Shown here piece by piece: positions 7,837 to 16,946 of a DNA stretch of 64,000 nt (positions are counted from its first letter, which is position 1; every line of letters begins with the position of its first letter). This stretch comes from Candidatus Terrybacteria bacterium RIFCSPHIGHO2_01_FULL_48_17 (GTDB lineage: Bacteria > Patescibacteriota > Minisyncoccia > Terrybacterales > 2-01-FULL-58-14), in the NCBI GenBank assembly GCA_001822835.1, contig MHSS01000008.1, positions 9,039 to 73,038 of the forward strand, read 5' to 3'. The position numbers and the translations under genes are program-made. Below the pieces are notes generated by a model. It saw only the letters and a program-made list of their open reading frames with translations. It did not search any database and was not told where the DNA came from.

Positions 7837-9081
7837 ATGTTTGATGTTTCAAAAATCAGAGAGGATTTCCCGATTCTAAAACGCTTAGTCCATGGCAAAC
7901 CATTGGCCTATCTTGACACTGCCGCTTCTGCACAAAAACCAAAACAAGTTATTGAAGCGCAAAGGGAATTTGAAGAAAATTCGTATGCAAATGTACACCG
8001 CGGAATCCATACGCTTTCGGAAAACGCAACAGCTCTTTTTGAAAAAGCTCGAAACACTATTGCTGATTTTCTGGGCAGCAACGATTCTGGAGAAATTGTT
8101 TTTGTACGCAATGCCACTGAAGGGATAAATCTTATTGCGTATTCTTGGGGAGAATCGAATATAGCCGCTGGGGATGAAATTTTAGTAACGCGCATGGAGC
8201 ATCATGCAAATTTTGTACCATGGCTAAGAATAACTCAAAAACAAAATGCCAAACTAGTGATTGCGGAACTCACATCGTCTGGAGAACTCGATCTTGAGGA
8301 TTTTTCCAGAAAACTCTCAAAAAAAACAAGAGTTATTGCCATAACCCTTATGTCCAATGTGTTGGGTACGATCAACCCAATTGAAAATATTGTTGAAATG
8401 GTTAAACGCAACTATGCCACAAATCTCGACTCTTTTCCTCTAATCGTAATTGATGCCGCTCAAGCCGTTCCACATTTCAAAGTCAATGTAAAAACTCTTG
8501 AATGCGACGCTCTTGTTTTCTCCGGCCATAAACTGTATGGCCCTACGGGAATAGGAGTGTTGTGGATGAAAAAGAAGTTGCTAGATGACATGCCCCCATT
8601 TCTTGTGGGCGGACAAATGATACGGACTGTCTACAACGATCGGGTGGAATATAATGATGTTCCCTGGAAATTTGAGGCGGGAACACCGGATATCACGGGC
8701 GCAATAGGATTGGCTACTGCGATACAATATTTAAAAACTCTTGGTATCGATGCGATTTTTGAACACGAAAAGGGAATAACTGCATATGCTTTAGAAAAAA
8801 TGAGGTCGCTCAAGGACCTAACGCTTTTTGGACCACCAAATCCCGAAAAGCGCGGAGGACTTCTCTCGTTTGTACACAAGACCTTGCATGCGCATGATAT
8901 TGCAAGCTTGCTTGACGAAGAAGGAATCGCTATTCGTGCCGGCCATCATTGCACCATGCCTCTTCATGCCAAATTAGAAGTTGCCGCTACTGCTCGCGCA
9001 AGTTTTGGTATCTATACTACCAAAGAAGAGGTGGAAATTTTTTATAACGTCCTTAAACATATCATCAAACGTTTCGCGTAG
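7837..9081 (+). CDS. sufS: cysteine desulfurase SufS (class V aminotransferase)
   Basis: PLP-lysine context SGHKLYGPTGIGVLW, active-site Cys loop AIRAGHHCTMPLH, N-terminus FDVSKIREDFPIL. Confidence 0.9.
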   Translation: MFDVSKIREDFPILKRLVHGKPLAYLDTAASAQKPKQVIEAQREFEENSYANVHRGIHTLSENATALFEKARNTIADFLGSNDSGEIVFVRNATEGINLIAYSWGESNIAAGDEILVTRMEHHANFVPWLRITQKQNAKLVIAELTSSGELDLEDFSRKLSKKTRVIAITLMSNVLGTINPIENIVEMVKRNYATNLDSFPLIVIDAAQAVPHFKVNVKTLECDALVFSGHKLYGPTGIGVLWMKKKLLDDMPPFLVGGQMIRTVYNDRVEYNDVPWKFEAGTPDITGAIGLATAIQYLKTLGIDAIFEHEKGITAYALEKMRSLKDLTLFGPPNPEKRGGLLSFVHKTLHAHDIASLLDEEGIAIRAGHHCTMPLHAKLEVAATARASFGIYTTKEEVEIFYNVLKHIIKRFA

Positions 9082-9107
9082 ATAAGAATGTTATTTACCA
9101 ATCTCGT

Positions 9108-9518
9108 ATGTCTTCTCTTTATCGCGAAGAAATTCTTGCGCATGCACGACACCCTCAACATAGGGGAACATTGGAACCTGCGGATATTATTGCATCGCTT
9201 ACAAATACCACGTGTGGCGATGAAATAACCATCTATATCAAAACGAAAAGCCCGTCGACTAATGAGCAAATAATCGATGAAGTTAGATTTGAAGGAGAGG
9301 GTTGTATCATAAGCCAAGCTGCAGCAGATCTTTTTTCAGAATATATAACTGGGAAAACTCTCAAAAACGTTTCAACAATGACTATTGAAGGAATGCTTTC
9401 GTTGTTCAATGCTTCGATCACAGAAAGCAGAAAGCCGTGCGCCCTTTTAGCATATGAAGCATTGAAACGAAAAACGCAGCGCGTAGAATACAACAACCAA
9501 CAAGAATCCTCTCAATAA
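9108..9518 (+). CDS. sufU: SUF Fe-S scaffold SufU (NifU/IscU-like)
   Basis: NPRHRGTLE-like N-terminus HARHPQHRGTLEPADI, then CGDEITIY and GEGCIISQAAAD cysteines. Confidence 0.85.
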   Translation: MSSLYREEILAHARHPQHRGTLEPADIIASLTNTTCGDEITIYIKTKSPSTNEQIIDEVRFEGEGCIISQAAADLFSEYITGKTLKNVSTMTIEGMLSLFNASITESRKPCALLAYEALKRKTQRVEYNNQQESSQ

Positions 9519-9552
9519 TAATTCGTATCTATACAATATTTTCATTGTTGAT

Positions 9553-9780
9553 ATGATTACCAAAGATACCAATCTCGGTGAGCTTGTGGACAAATATCCT
9601 GCTCTTGCTCAATTTCTTTATAAGGAGTACGGCCTCCATTGCGTCAATTGTATTGCCAACGCCTCTGATACCTTAGAAACGGGCATGAAATTGCACGGCT
9701 ACGGCGATAATGCTATTAAAGATGCCGCCAGGGCCGTCAATACATTTGTTTCTCGATTAAACCAAGAAGCGGCTTTATGA
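9553..9780 (+). CDS. DUF1858-like small protein (75 aa)
   Basis: Pattern LGELVDKYPALAQFLYKEYGLHCVNCIANASDTLE matches the DUF1858 family, which is often found near Fe-S assembly genes. Confidence 0.6.
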   Translation: MITKDTNLGELVDKYPALAQFLYKEYGLHCVNCIANASDTLETGMKLHGYGDNAIKDAARAVNTFVSRLNQEAAL

Positions 9781-9844
9781 TGCCGCGGAGGCCATACTGC
9801 CGTGGTCTTCGTAAGCCCTCTCATGGTATAGTGAATATGTCTTT

Positions 9845-12187
9845 ATGAAAAAATTCCTTATTTTTCCTATGCCGCAACAAATTCTTATAGGACTTGTCTT
9901 TCTGTTGCCTCTTTTATGGGTTCCTTTCACGGCAGATGTATTGGAATTCAATAAACAGGCGATTTTATTGGTCGCAGCCCCTCTTTTGTTGTTTTTATGG
10001 CTTCTTAAGAGCGTACGCGAAAAAGAAATTTCTTTTTCCTTAACTGCTCCGATTCTTGCAAGTATTGTTTTTGTAGTTATTTTAGGCGGTGCAGCGCTTT
10101 TATCCCAAGACCGTTGGCGAAGCATAATCGGTTTTGGGGCTGAATCCCACGAGAGTTTTGCCACAATATTGGCTGTGGCCATTATCGCGTTTAGCGCCGT
10201 TACAATACTTAAAGAAAAAAGCATTCTTTTGAAAATTTTAAGTTCTTTTTCTGTTTCAGCCGGCCTTGTTGCAATCATTGCTCTTGTCGCAGCTTTTGGA
10301 GGATTACAAGGTCTTTCCTTTCCGCCTGGTTTTAATACAATTGGTACACTCAGCGGCTTTACTGTTTTCCTTGCTGCTGCCTTTTTGGTTTCCTTTGGAC
10401 TTATACATATAACTCGAGGGGTTATTCGTGCCATATTATTGCTGGTATTGATTACGCAATTTATAGCATTATTTATTTTAGGAACTGCGATTGGATGGCT
10501 GCTTGTTGCGGTCGGTGCTGCGGTTTATTTTGTGACGCTTTTGCGCAATAATCCCGATGTGGTGCCATCTATACCGTGGTGGTTTAGTCCTCCGTTGATT
10601 GTGGGTCTTGCATTGGCATTCATGATTCTGCAGCCCCGATCCATTGTCCGTATCACGAATATTCCTCCTGAAATTTCTCCCAGTAACTCAGCAAGTGCTT
10701 ATATTGCCGCTCAAACCCTAAAAGAACGGCCGCTTTTAGGGTCAGGTCCTGGAACATGGATATACGATTATTCGAAATTTCGGCGTCCACAACCAATCAA
10801 TAGCACCTCTTTCTGGAATCTTCGTTTCGCCGAGGGGAGCTCAAAAATACTAAGCATGCTTGCGACTCATGGGATGCTCGGATGGCTCTCGTGGATAGGA
10901 GTGTTGGGTGTCGTATTGCTAGGTATTATAAGGACGCTACGACGTGCCACGCCTTCATTTTCGCCTGCCGCAAGCGGCGCTTTAACGCTATGGATAACTC
11001 TTGGTGTTGCGCAATTTGTTACCACCTCGAATATCACGCTTGAATTTCTCTTCTGGCTTGCAACCGCTGCAGTAATTGCCCATATCGATTCCTCAGTATT
11101 GCATTTCAGTTTACCGAAGGCCTCGGCACGCGCAGCTGTAGTAGGTATGGGGGCATCATTTGTTGCAGTATTACTCTTGGTCTCGTTATATGGCGTGGGA
11201 ACTCGGTATGTAGCTGCCATACAATATACTCGAGGAATTAGGGATATCCAAAACAATGATATTGAGGGGGCAATCGCCGCCATTTCCCGGTCGGCAACCT
11301 TCGATTCGCAAAATGATCTTTATTGGAGATCTTTATCCGATGTGTGGCTATTGCGTCTCGCACAACATATTCAGCAATCTCAACAAAAAAGCGACATAAA
11401 TCAAGAAATCGAAACGGCAGTAAATTCTATGCTTCAAGCAGCAACTCGCGCAACTATAATTGCGCCCCACAATGTTGCCAACTGGACACAACTTGCCGTG
11501 GTGCGCACAAATCTTATCCCGCTTGGGTCGCCAGCAGCTATACCGCAGATAGTAGAGCCGGCCATTGCATCATGGCAAAAAGCACAAGAGCTTGAGCCAT
11601 CAAACCCATTTTTACCAACCCAACGGGCAATTGTATACCTAAATGCCGCAGATATTGTACAAAACGTGGGTGAGCAAGCGAAGAGCCAACGAGAACAATA
11701 TTTAACACAAGCAGCTGCAGCACTCGAAGAAGCATTGAAACTCAAGGCAGATTATGCCCCCGCGCATTTTCAGCGAGCGCTTCTTGCTATGCGCCAAGGC
11801 AAGACCCAGGAAGCCATTTCAGACCTTGAGATTGCCCAAAAATTACAGCCGCAGGATATAACTATAGCTGCACAATTAGGGGTGCTGTATTTTAATGCGG
11901 GACGACTGGCGGGGGCCGAAAGCTTACTTGCGGCAGTACTTAAAGCAGCGCAGGCCACTGGACAGGATCACGCAAATGCACGCTATTTCTTAGGCCTTAT
12001 TGCCGATCAGCAAGGAGAAAAGGAAGTTGCGAAGCAACATTTTGAACGTATTCTTGAACTCAATCCAGGCAATGTCTTGATAGAAAAAATCCTTACTAAT
12101 CTTCGAGATCAAAAACCGGCATTAGAGGGTCTTGAAAGCGCACCGGGCCTTGTTCCTGCTGTGGCAGTTTCCGAGGACGAATCATAA
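9845..12187 (+). CDS. polytopic membrane protein with an O-antigen-ligase/Wzy-like core and C-terminal TPR repeats (780 aa)
   Basis: About 10-12 TM helices in the first 430 aa and a large periplasmic loop. The soluble C-terminal region carries TPR-like repeats (LKADYAPAHFQRALLAMRQGKTQEAISDLEIAQKLQP...). Confidence 0.6.
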   Translation: MKKFLIFPMPQQILIGLVFLLPLLWVPFTADVLEFNKQAILLVAAPLLLFLWLLKSVREKEISFSLTAPILASIVFVVILGGAALLSQDRWRSIIGFGAESHESFATILAVAIIAFSAVTILKEKSILLKILSSFSVSAGLVAIIALVAAFGGLQGLSFPPGFNTIGTLSGFTVFLAAAFLVSFGLIHITRGVIRAILLLVLITQFIALFILGTAIGWLLVAVGAAVYFVTLLRNNPDVVPSIPWWFSPPLIVGLALAFMILQPRSIVRITNIPPEISPSNSASAYIAAQTLKERPLLGSGPGTWIYDYSKFRRPQPINSTSFWNLRFAEGSSKILSMLATHGMLGWLSWIGVLGVVLLGIIRTLRRATPSFSPAASGALTLWITLGVAQFVTTSNITLEFLFWLATAAVIAHIDSSVLHFSLPKASARAAVVGMGASFVAVLLLVSLYGVGTRYVAAIQYTRGIRDIQNNDIEGAIAAISRSATFDSQNDLYWRSLSDVWLLRLAQHIQQSQQKSDINQEIETAVNSMLQAATRATIIAPHNVANWTQLAVVRTNLIPLGSPAAIPQIVEPAIASWQKAQELEPSNPFLPTQRAIVYLNAADIVQNVGEQAKSQREQYLTQAAAALEEALKLKADYAPAHFQRALLAMRQGKTQEAISDLEIAQKLQPQDITIAAQLGVLYFNAGRLAGAESLLAAVLKAAQATGQDHANARYFLGLIADQQGEKEVAKQHFERILELNPGNVLIEKILTNLRDQKPALEGLESAPGLVPAVAVSEDES

Positions 12188-12273
12188 ACCCTTCCATCAG
12201 GATCAGCCAAAAAACAATAATATGGTATTATAGAAAAGCATTATTGAAACACAGCTCAAAAGACAACAAAAGT

Positions 12274-13134
12274 ATGGCATACGTACATGATGAAAAACTA
12301 AAGAAACTTGAAGAAACCGCAGCTACAATCCGTAGCGATACGATCGAATCTGTAATTATCGCAAAGTCGGGACACATTGCCGGACCGCTCGATATGGCAG
12401 ATGTTTTCACCGCCATGTATTTTCATGTCCTCAAACATGATCCCAAAAACCCTCTTTGGGAAGAGCGAGACCGTCTTGTTCTTTCAAACGGCCATATTGT
12501 ACCGGTACAGTACGCCGCGTTAGCTCATGCGGGGTATTTCCCAGTGGAAGAATTGAAAACGCTTCGCCAATTTGGAACGCGCCTGCAAGGACACCCTCAC
12601 CGTCCCACGCTTCCTGGTCTTGAAACAACATCGGGTCCTTTGGGTTCCGGACTTTCACAAGCGGTAGGAATGGCTTTGGGGTTTAAAATGGATGGCAAAT
12701 CAAATCAGGTATATTGCTTGATGTCGGACGCAGAACAAGAAACCGGAAATATTTGGGAAGCAGTAATGCTTGCCGGAAAGCATAAACTGGATAATCTTAC
12801 CGGAATTATTGACCGTAACAATATCCAAATTGACGGAATGACTGAAGATATTATGCCGCTTGAGCCGCTACGCGAAAAATATGAGGCCTTTAATTGGCAC
12901 GTGCTTGATGTTGACGGACATAATATCCGTGAAATTATCGAAGCGTGCGAAGAAGCGCGGGCAATCTATGAAAAACCCGTACTGATCATTGCGCATACTA
13001 TTGCGGGAAAGGGAGTCGATTTTATGGAATTCAAATACGAATGGCATTCAAAACCCTTCACGCCGGAAGAAGCAAAAGAAGCGCTTCATGAGTTACGGAC
13101 CCTCGGGGGTAAAATTCAAAGCGAACATCAATAA
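12274..13134 (+). CDS. transketolase, N-terminal (TPP-binding) subunit
   Basis: Motifs SGHIAGPLDMADVF and GHIVPVQYAAL. A GHPHRP variant of GHPE is present. Length matches split tkt N-halves. Start taken at internal ATG 12274; the listed ORF start 12244 is an alternative. Confidence 0.9.
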   Translation: MAYVHDEKLKKLEETAATIRSDTIESVIIAKSGHIAGPLDMADVFTAMYFHVLKHDPKNPLWEERDRLVLSNGHIVPVQYAALAHAGYFPVEELKTLRQFGTRLQGHPHRPTLPGLETTSGPLGSGLSQAVGMALGFKMDGKSNQVYCLMSDAEQETGNIWEAVMLAGKHKLDNLTGIIDRNNIQIDGMTEDIMPLEPLREKYEAFNWHVLDVDGHNIREIIEACEEARAIYEKPVLIIAHTIAGKGVDFMEFKYEWHSKPFTPEEAKEALHELRTLGGKIQSEHQ

Positions 13135-13345
13135 TAGTGGGTTATTAATAATTATTTATAAATTAGCTATGGATGACTTTTTTATACTGTCCTCAACGCT
13201 TCTTTTACTTGCTTCACTTCTTCTCTTTCACTAATTATGGAAACAATATTTACCCTTATGGGCATCACCTCAACGCTCCTGGTATGGTTAAGCTGGGAGT
13301 ATGAACGTGTTCGCCGCAACGACTAAGCTCTCATAAGATTGCGTC

Positions 13346-14353
13346 ATGTTACGGGAAGAAGCACAACTTGTTTCGAAAGACGTTTTTTCTCAAGATCGCT
13401 CATGCGCTCAATTAATTGCGTTGCGTGATGGTTTTGGAAAGGGCGTTGTCCGCGCAGGAGAAAAAAATCCAAATGTAATGGTTATTTGTGCGGATCTGTC
13501 AGAATCCACCCGATCGCTTTGGTTTAAGGAAAAATTTCCGGAACGATTCCTGCAAATAGGAGTAGCGGAACAGAACATGGCCGCAGTTGCTTCAGGCCTG
13601 GCTGCGGTAGGAAAAATTCCTTTTATTGCCTCCTACGCCATGTTCTCACCGGGGCGAAATTGGGAGCAAATCCGTACCACGATTTGTTATAACAATCAAA
13701 ACGTAAAAATTGCCGGTGCGCATGCAGGAATTTCCGTAGGACCCGATGGAGCAACCCATCAGGCAATTGAGGACGTAGCAATCACGCGACCCATCGCAAA
13801 TATGACTGTTATTATTCCTGCGGATGCGATCGAAGCCGAAAAGGCAACATTTGCCGCAGCACAAATAGATGGTCCCGTATATATCCGATATGCGCGGGAA
13901 AAAACGCCGGTGATCACCACAGAGAGAACTCCGTTTGAAATTGGCCGAGCCGAAGTATATTACGACGGGACAGATGTGGCTTTAGTTGCATCGGGGCCTT
14001 TGGTTTATGAGGCGCTACGAGCAGCGTATATTCTTAAAGAAAAAGGAATTTCAGCGCGCGTGATCAATAATCATACAGTCAAACCGATTGACGAAAAAAC
14101 CATTGCGCAAGCGGCACAAGAGTGCGGCGCAATAGTAACCGCAGAAGAACACCAAGTACAAGGAGGCATGGGATCTGCAGTTGCAGAGATTGTTGTAAAG
14201 ACCCATGCGGTTCCTATGGAGTTTGTCGGGGTGCAAAACCGTTTTGGCGAATCAGGCCCCCCTGATCTGCTAATGGATAAATTTGGTTTAAGAGATAGTA
14301 ATATTGTTGAGGCAGCGCAAAAGGCAATAAAACGAAAGAAACGGCCAGCGTAG
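13346..14353 (+). CDS. transketolase, C-terminal (pyrimidine-binding) subunit
   Basis: Motifs FLQIGVAEQNMAAVASGLA and FIASYAMFSPGRNWEQIR, with a C-terminal domain typical of tkt C-halves. Confidence 0.9.
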   Translation: MLREEAQLVSKDVFSQDRSCAQLIALRDGFGKGVVRAGEKNPNVMVICADLSESTRSLWFKEKFPERFLQIGVAEQNMAAVASGLAAVGKIPFIASYAMFSPGRNWEQIRTTICYNNQNVKIAGAHAGISVGPDGATHQAIEDVAITRPIANMTVIIPADAIEAEKATFAAAQIDGPVYIRYAREKTPVITTERTPFEIGRAEVYYDGTDVALVASGPLVYEALRAAYILKEKGISARVINNHTVKPIDEKTIAQAAQECGAIVTAEEHQVQGGMGSAVAEIVVKTHAVPMEFVGVQNRFGESGPPDLLMDKFGLRDSNIVEAAQKAIKRKKRPA

Positions 14354-14355
14354 AT

Positions 14356-14985
14356 ATGTATGATGCTCGGCTTTTCGAATTTATTAAAAAAGCACGAGGT
14401 GAAGGACAAACTGATACGCAAATCCAGGAACGATTAAAAAACTCCGGTTGGTCAAATCAGGCCATTGCCGATGCTTTTGGGGGCAAGTTACCTTACGACC
14501 CGAATAGCACCAAACCCCGCGCAAAAGGGGTTCGTCTTTTTAAAAATATTATTCTGCTCATCGGGGGTTTTGGCGCTATAGTTCTTGCTCTTCTTGTTGC
14601 ATTAATACCTCTTGTGCTTTTTTCATTAAACGCCGCACGCGCACAGGCAAGAGATACGCGTCGCATTTCAGATATTTCTCTTTTGCGCAATGCAATTAAT
14701 GCATTTCATATCCAATATGGCACATACCCGGAAGGGCAAGGTCCGTTATCAACAGGGGTATTAGATGTCTTAATAACAGAACACATGCTAGAAAAGATTC
14801 CCACAGATCCCGGAGAATATTTTTATTTCTATTGCTCAGATCCAAATCGACACTCTTTTGTTCTTGGCGCAACGCTTGAACAAGAAAATTTAAGCATACT
14901 ATACGTTGATCTCGATGGAGACCAGTATTGCCAATCGGAAACGCACCAATGCGATGATCCAGCGCTTTGTGTAGGACCGAAGTAA
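14356..14985 (+). CDS. membrane-anchored protein with a pilin/pseudopilin-like extracytoplasmic domain but a non-canonical N-terminus
   Basis: Cytoplasmic 60 aa, then a single TM, then ARAQARDTRRISDISLLRNAINAFHIQYGTYP (pilin-like) with cysteines near the C-terminus. No G|F(T/E)L prepilin leader is present. Confidence 0.45.
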   Translation: MYDARLFEFIKKARGEGQTDTQIQERLKNSGWSNQAIADAFGGKLPYDPNSTKPRAKGVRLFKNIILLIGGFGAIVLALLVALIPLVLFSLNAARAQARDTRRISDISLLRNAINAFHIQYGTYPEGQGPLSTGVLDVLITEHMLEKIPTDPGEYFYFYCSDPNRHSFVLGATLEQENLSILYVDLDGDQYCQSETHQCDDPALCVGPK

Positions 14986-15000
14986 CCGCCGCAATATTTT

Positions 15001-15957
15001 TTGTATTTTATGCCAATACTGGGCATGCTCGTGGGCCTAATCCTATGGGGCGGTATTTCATTAACCTTATTTTTACATTCAACTCCGTATCCGAAACCAA
15101 TTGATTTTCTTGGTATTCCCGCCTTTTTATGGAATGCCGATACGATTTTACAAAACTGGTGGCCCTGGCCCCTTGTTGTTTGGCAAGTTCTTGCATACGG
15201 CGGAGCGCTCGCATTTGGAATGCTTGCGTATGCCTTAATCCATGAAGGAAAATCTCGTGGCATGCGATACATGGGACGAATTGCCTCTGCATGGATTCTG
15301 GCTATTGGAATCATTCTGTTCTTTTATTTTATATCAAGCTTAATCCGACTTAACCTTGAGGAGAAAAGATACTTTGAAGAAGCAGTATTTTATACGGCTT
15401 TTGGCATCGTACTGGGGATCATCGGTATTCTCTCGTTTTATTTTCTCCGAGGACGGACGTCACAAGAAACCTACTCTTTTTTTTCCTCTCCCATAACCCA
15501 AAAAACTCTTGCTGTTACCCTATTAGTTTTTTTCCTAACGACCTTTATCACTATTATATATATGCACGCGGTTCCGGGCACTTTTGCTTCTTTACGATTT
15601 CCTGGAATAATTTTTGGTCAAGACGCCTGGGCGCATAAACCATGGGAGCTTTTTTTATATGACCTATTTTTGGGAGTAACATTTGTAGCACTTATATGCG
15701 CATCCCTTTCTCTCATATTTATAAAAAATCTCCTGTGGCGGATACTAGGAACAGTGGCCGCGGTTTTGGGAATGTTTACCGTAAGCACAGGTATTGTTAC
15801 CGTCTTTTTCAACAAGGAAAACTTTATACTTTTTAGGGATGGGCTTTGGATTATTTTTGCAATACTTGGTGCTATCGGAATTCTTTTTTTGTTGGCGCTT
15901 TGTTCACACTTTCGATTTCGATATATATATGACGGAAAAGCTGGAAAAAAGAGGTGA
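15001..15957 (+). CDS. hypothetical polytopic membrane protein (318 aa)
   Basis: About 8 hydrophobic helices; no conserved motif recognised. Confidence 0.5.
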   Translation: MYFMPILGMLVGLILWGGISLTLFLHSTPYPKPIDFLGIPAFLWNADTILQNWWPWPLVVWQVLAYGGALAFGMLAYALIHEGKSRGMRYMGRIASAWILAIGIILFFYFISSLIRLNLEEKRYFEEAVFYTAFGIVLGIIGILSFYFLRGRTSQETYSFFSSPITQKTLAVTLLVFFLTTFITIIYMHAVPGTFASLRFPGIIFGQDAWAHKPWELFLYDLFLGVTFVALICASLSLIFIKNLLWRILGTVAAVLGMFTVSTGIVTVFFNKENFILFRDGLWIIFAILGAIGILFLLALCSHFRFRYIYDGKAGKKR

Positions 15958-16651
15958 GCCAAAACACCGCCCTGGCGGTGGAATATTGCGAGATGCAGTA
16001 TATGCAGCACACGACGGAATTATTACTACGTTTGCAGTTGTTGCGGGCGTCATTGGTGCAGATTTATCTGGTGGCATTGTGCTTGTTTTAGGTATTGCAA
16101 ATCTTATTGCCGATGGTATATCGATGGGTGCTGGAAATTTCCTTGGGTTACGTTCGGAACAAACATTTATTAAAAGTGAGCATGCGGCAGAAAAACAAGA
16201 AATTGAAGATGTGCCCGAAGAAGAACAAAACGAAATTCGGGAAATCTATCGGGAAAAAGGATTTGAAGGCGCTTTGCTTGAACAAATTGTTAATACCATC
16301 ACGGCAGACAAGGAGCGATGGGCACATATCATGTTGCACGAAGAACTGGGATTGTCGCATCCCGAAGACATTCGCCCGATGCGCAATGCCCTTGTAACCT
16401 TCCTTTCATTTCTTATGGCTGGTACGGTACCCCTTGTTCCATACCTTATACCATGGTTTGAAGATATGCGTTTTCCGGCAAGTATCTTTTTTACGGCCTT
16501 TGCTTTATTTTTTGTAGGAGGCATACGCACAATCGTTATGCGTGGGAATATAATGCTTAATGCCCTAGAGGTTTTATTGATAGGTTCGCTTTCTGGAATC
16601 GCTGCGTACGTTATCGGATTTGCACTTCGCTCATTGGTTAATGCCGCATGA
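15929..16651 (+). CDS. VIT1/CCC1-family (iron/manganese transporter-like) membrane protein
   Basis: Motifs LRDAVYAAHDGIITTFAVVAGV and GIANLIADGISMGAGNFLG, an acidic middle region, and C-terminal TM helices. Start at ATG 15929 overlaps the upstream gene by 29 nt. Confidence 0.75.
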   Translation: MTEKLEKRGEPKHRPGGGILRDAVYAAHDGIITTFAVVAGVIGADLSGGIVLVLGIANLIADGISMGAGNFLGLRSEQTFIKSEHAAEKQEIEDVPEEEQNEIREIYREKGFEGALLEQIVNTITADKERWAHIMLHEELGLSHPEDIRPMRNALVTFLSFLMAGTVPLVPYLIPWFEDMRFPASIFFTAFALFFVGGIRTIVMRGNIMLNALEVLLIGSLSGIAAYVIGFALRSLVNAA

Positions 16652-16658
16652 TATCCTT

Positions 16659-16686
16659 TTAGAATCAATTGTTTGTATGATATAAT
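16659..16686 (+). promoter_or_regulatory. sigma70-like promoter TTAGAA-16 nt-TATAAT with the -10 ending 8 nt before the ATG (near-leaderless transcript)
   Basis: ttagaa (16659-64), tataat (16681-86), ATG at 16695. Confidence 0.45.
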
Positions 16687-16694
16687 GCACCCGT

Positions 16695-16934
16695 ATGAAG
16701 GTTACTCTGTATACGACCCCCACATGTGTTTATTGCCGATTGGCTAAACAGTTTTTCCAAGATCATAATGTTGAATATACAGAATACGATGTCACTCGAA
16801 ACGAGGCGGCGCGTGATGATTTAATCGAAAAATCAGGACAGCTAGGTGTTCCGGTTATTGATATCGACGGAAATATCGTTATTGGCTTTAACAAAGAAAA
16901 GCTTGTGCAACTTCTCAATATTTCTTCTCACTAA
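16695..16934 (+). CDS. glutaredoxin-like / NrdH-type small thioredoxin-fold protein
   Basis: 79 aa with CVYC active site, followed by GQLGVPVIDIDG. Confidence 0.8.
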   Translation: MKVTLYTTPTCVYCRLAKQFFQDHNVEYTEYDVTRNEAARDDLIEKSGQLGVPVIDIDGNIVIGFNKEKLVQLLNISSH

Positions 16935-16946
16935 AATAAAGAAATT

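Noticed and set aside
9775-10434. 219-aa minus-strand ORF
   Set aside because: Antisense to the 5' part of the 780-aa Wzy/TPR membrane protein; low-complexity, Lys/Ala-rich; no independent support.
14829-16668. Minus-strand ORFs 14829-15314, 15618-16010, 16246-16668
   Set aside because: Antisense to well-supported plus-strand membrane/VIT genes; no motifs.
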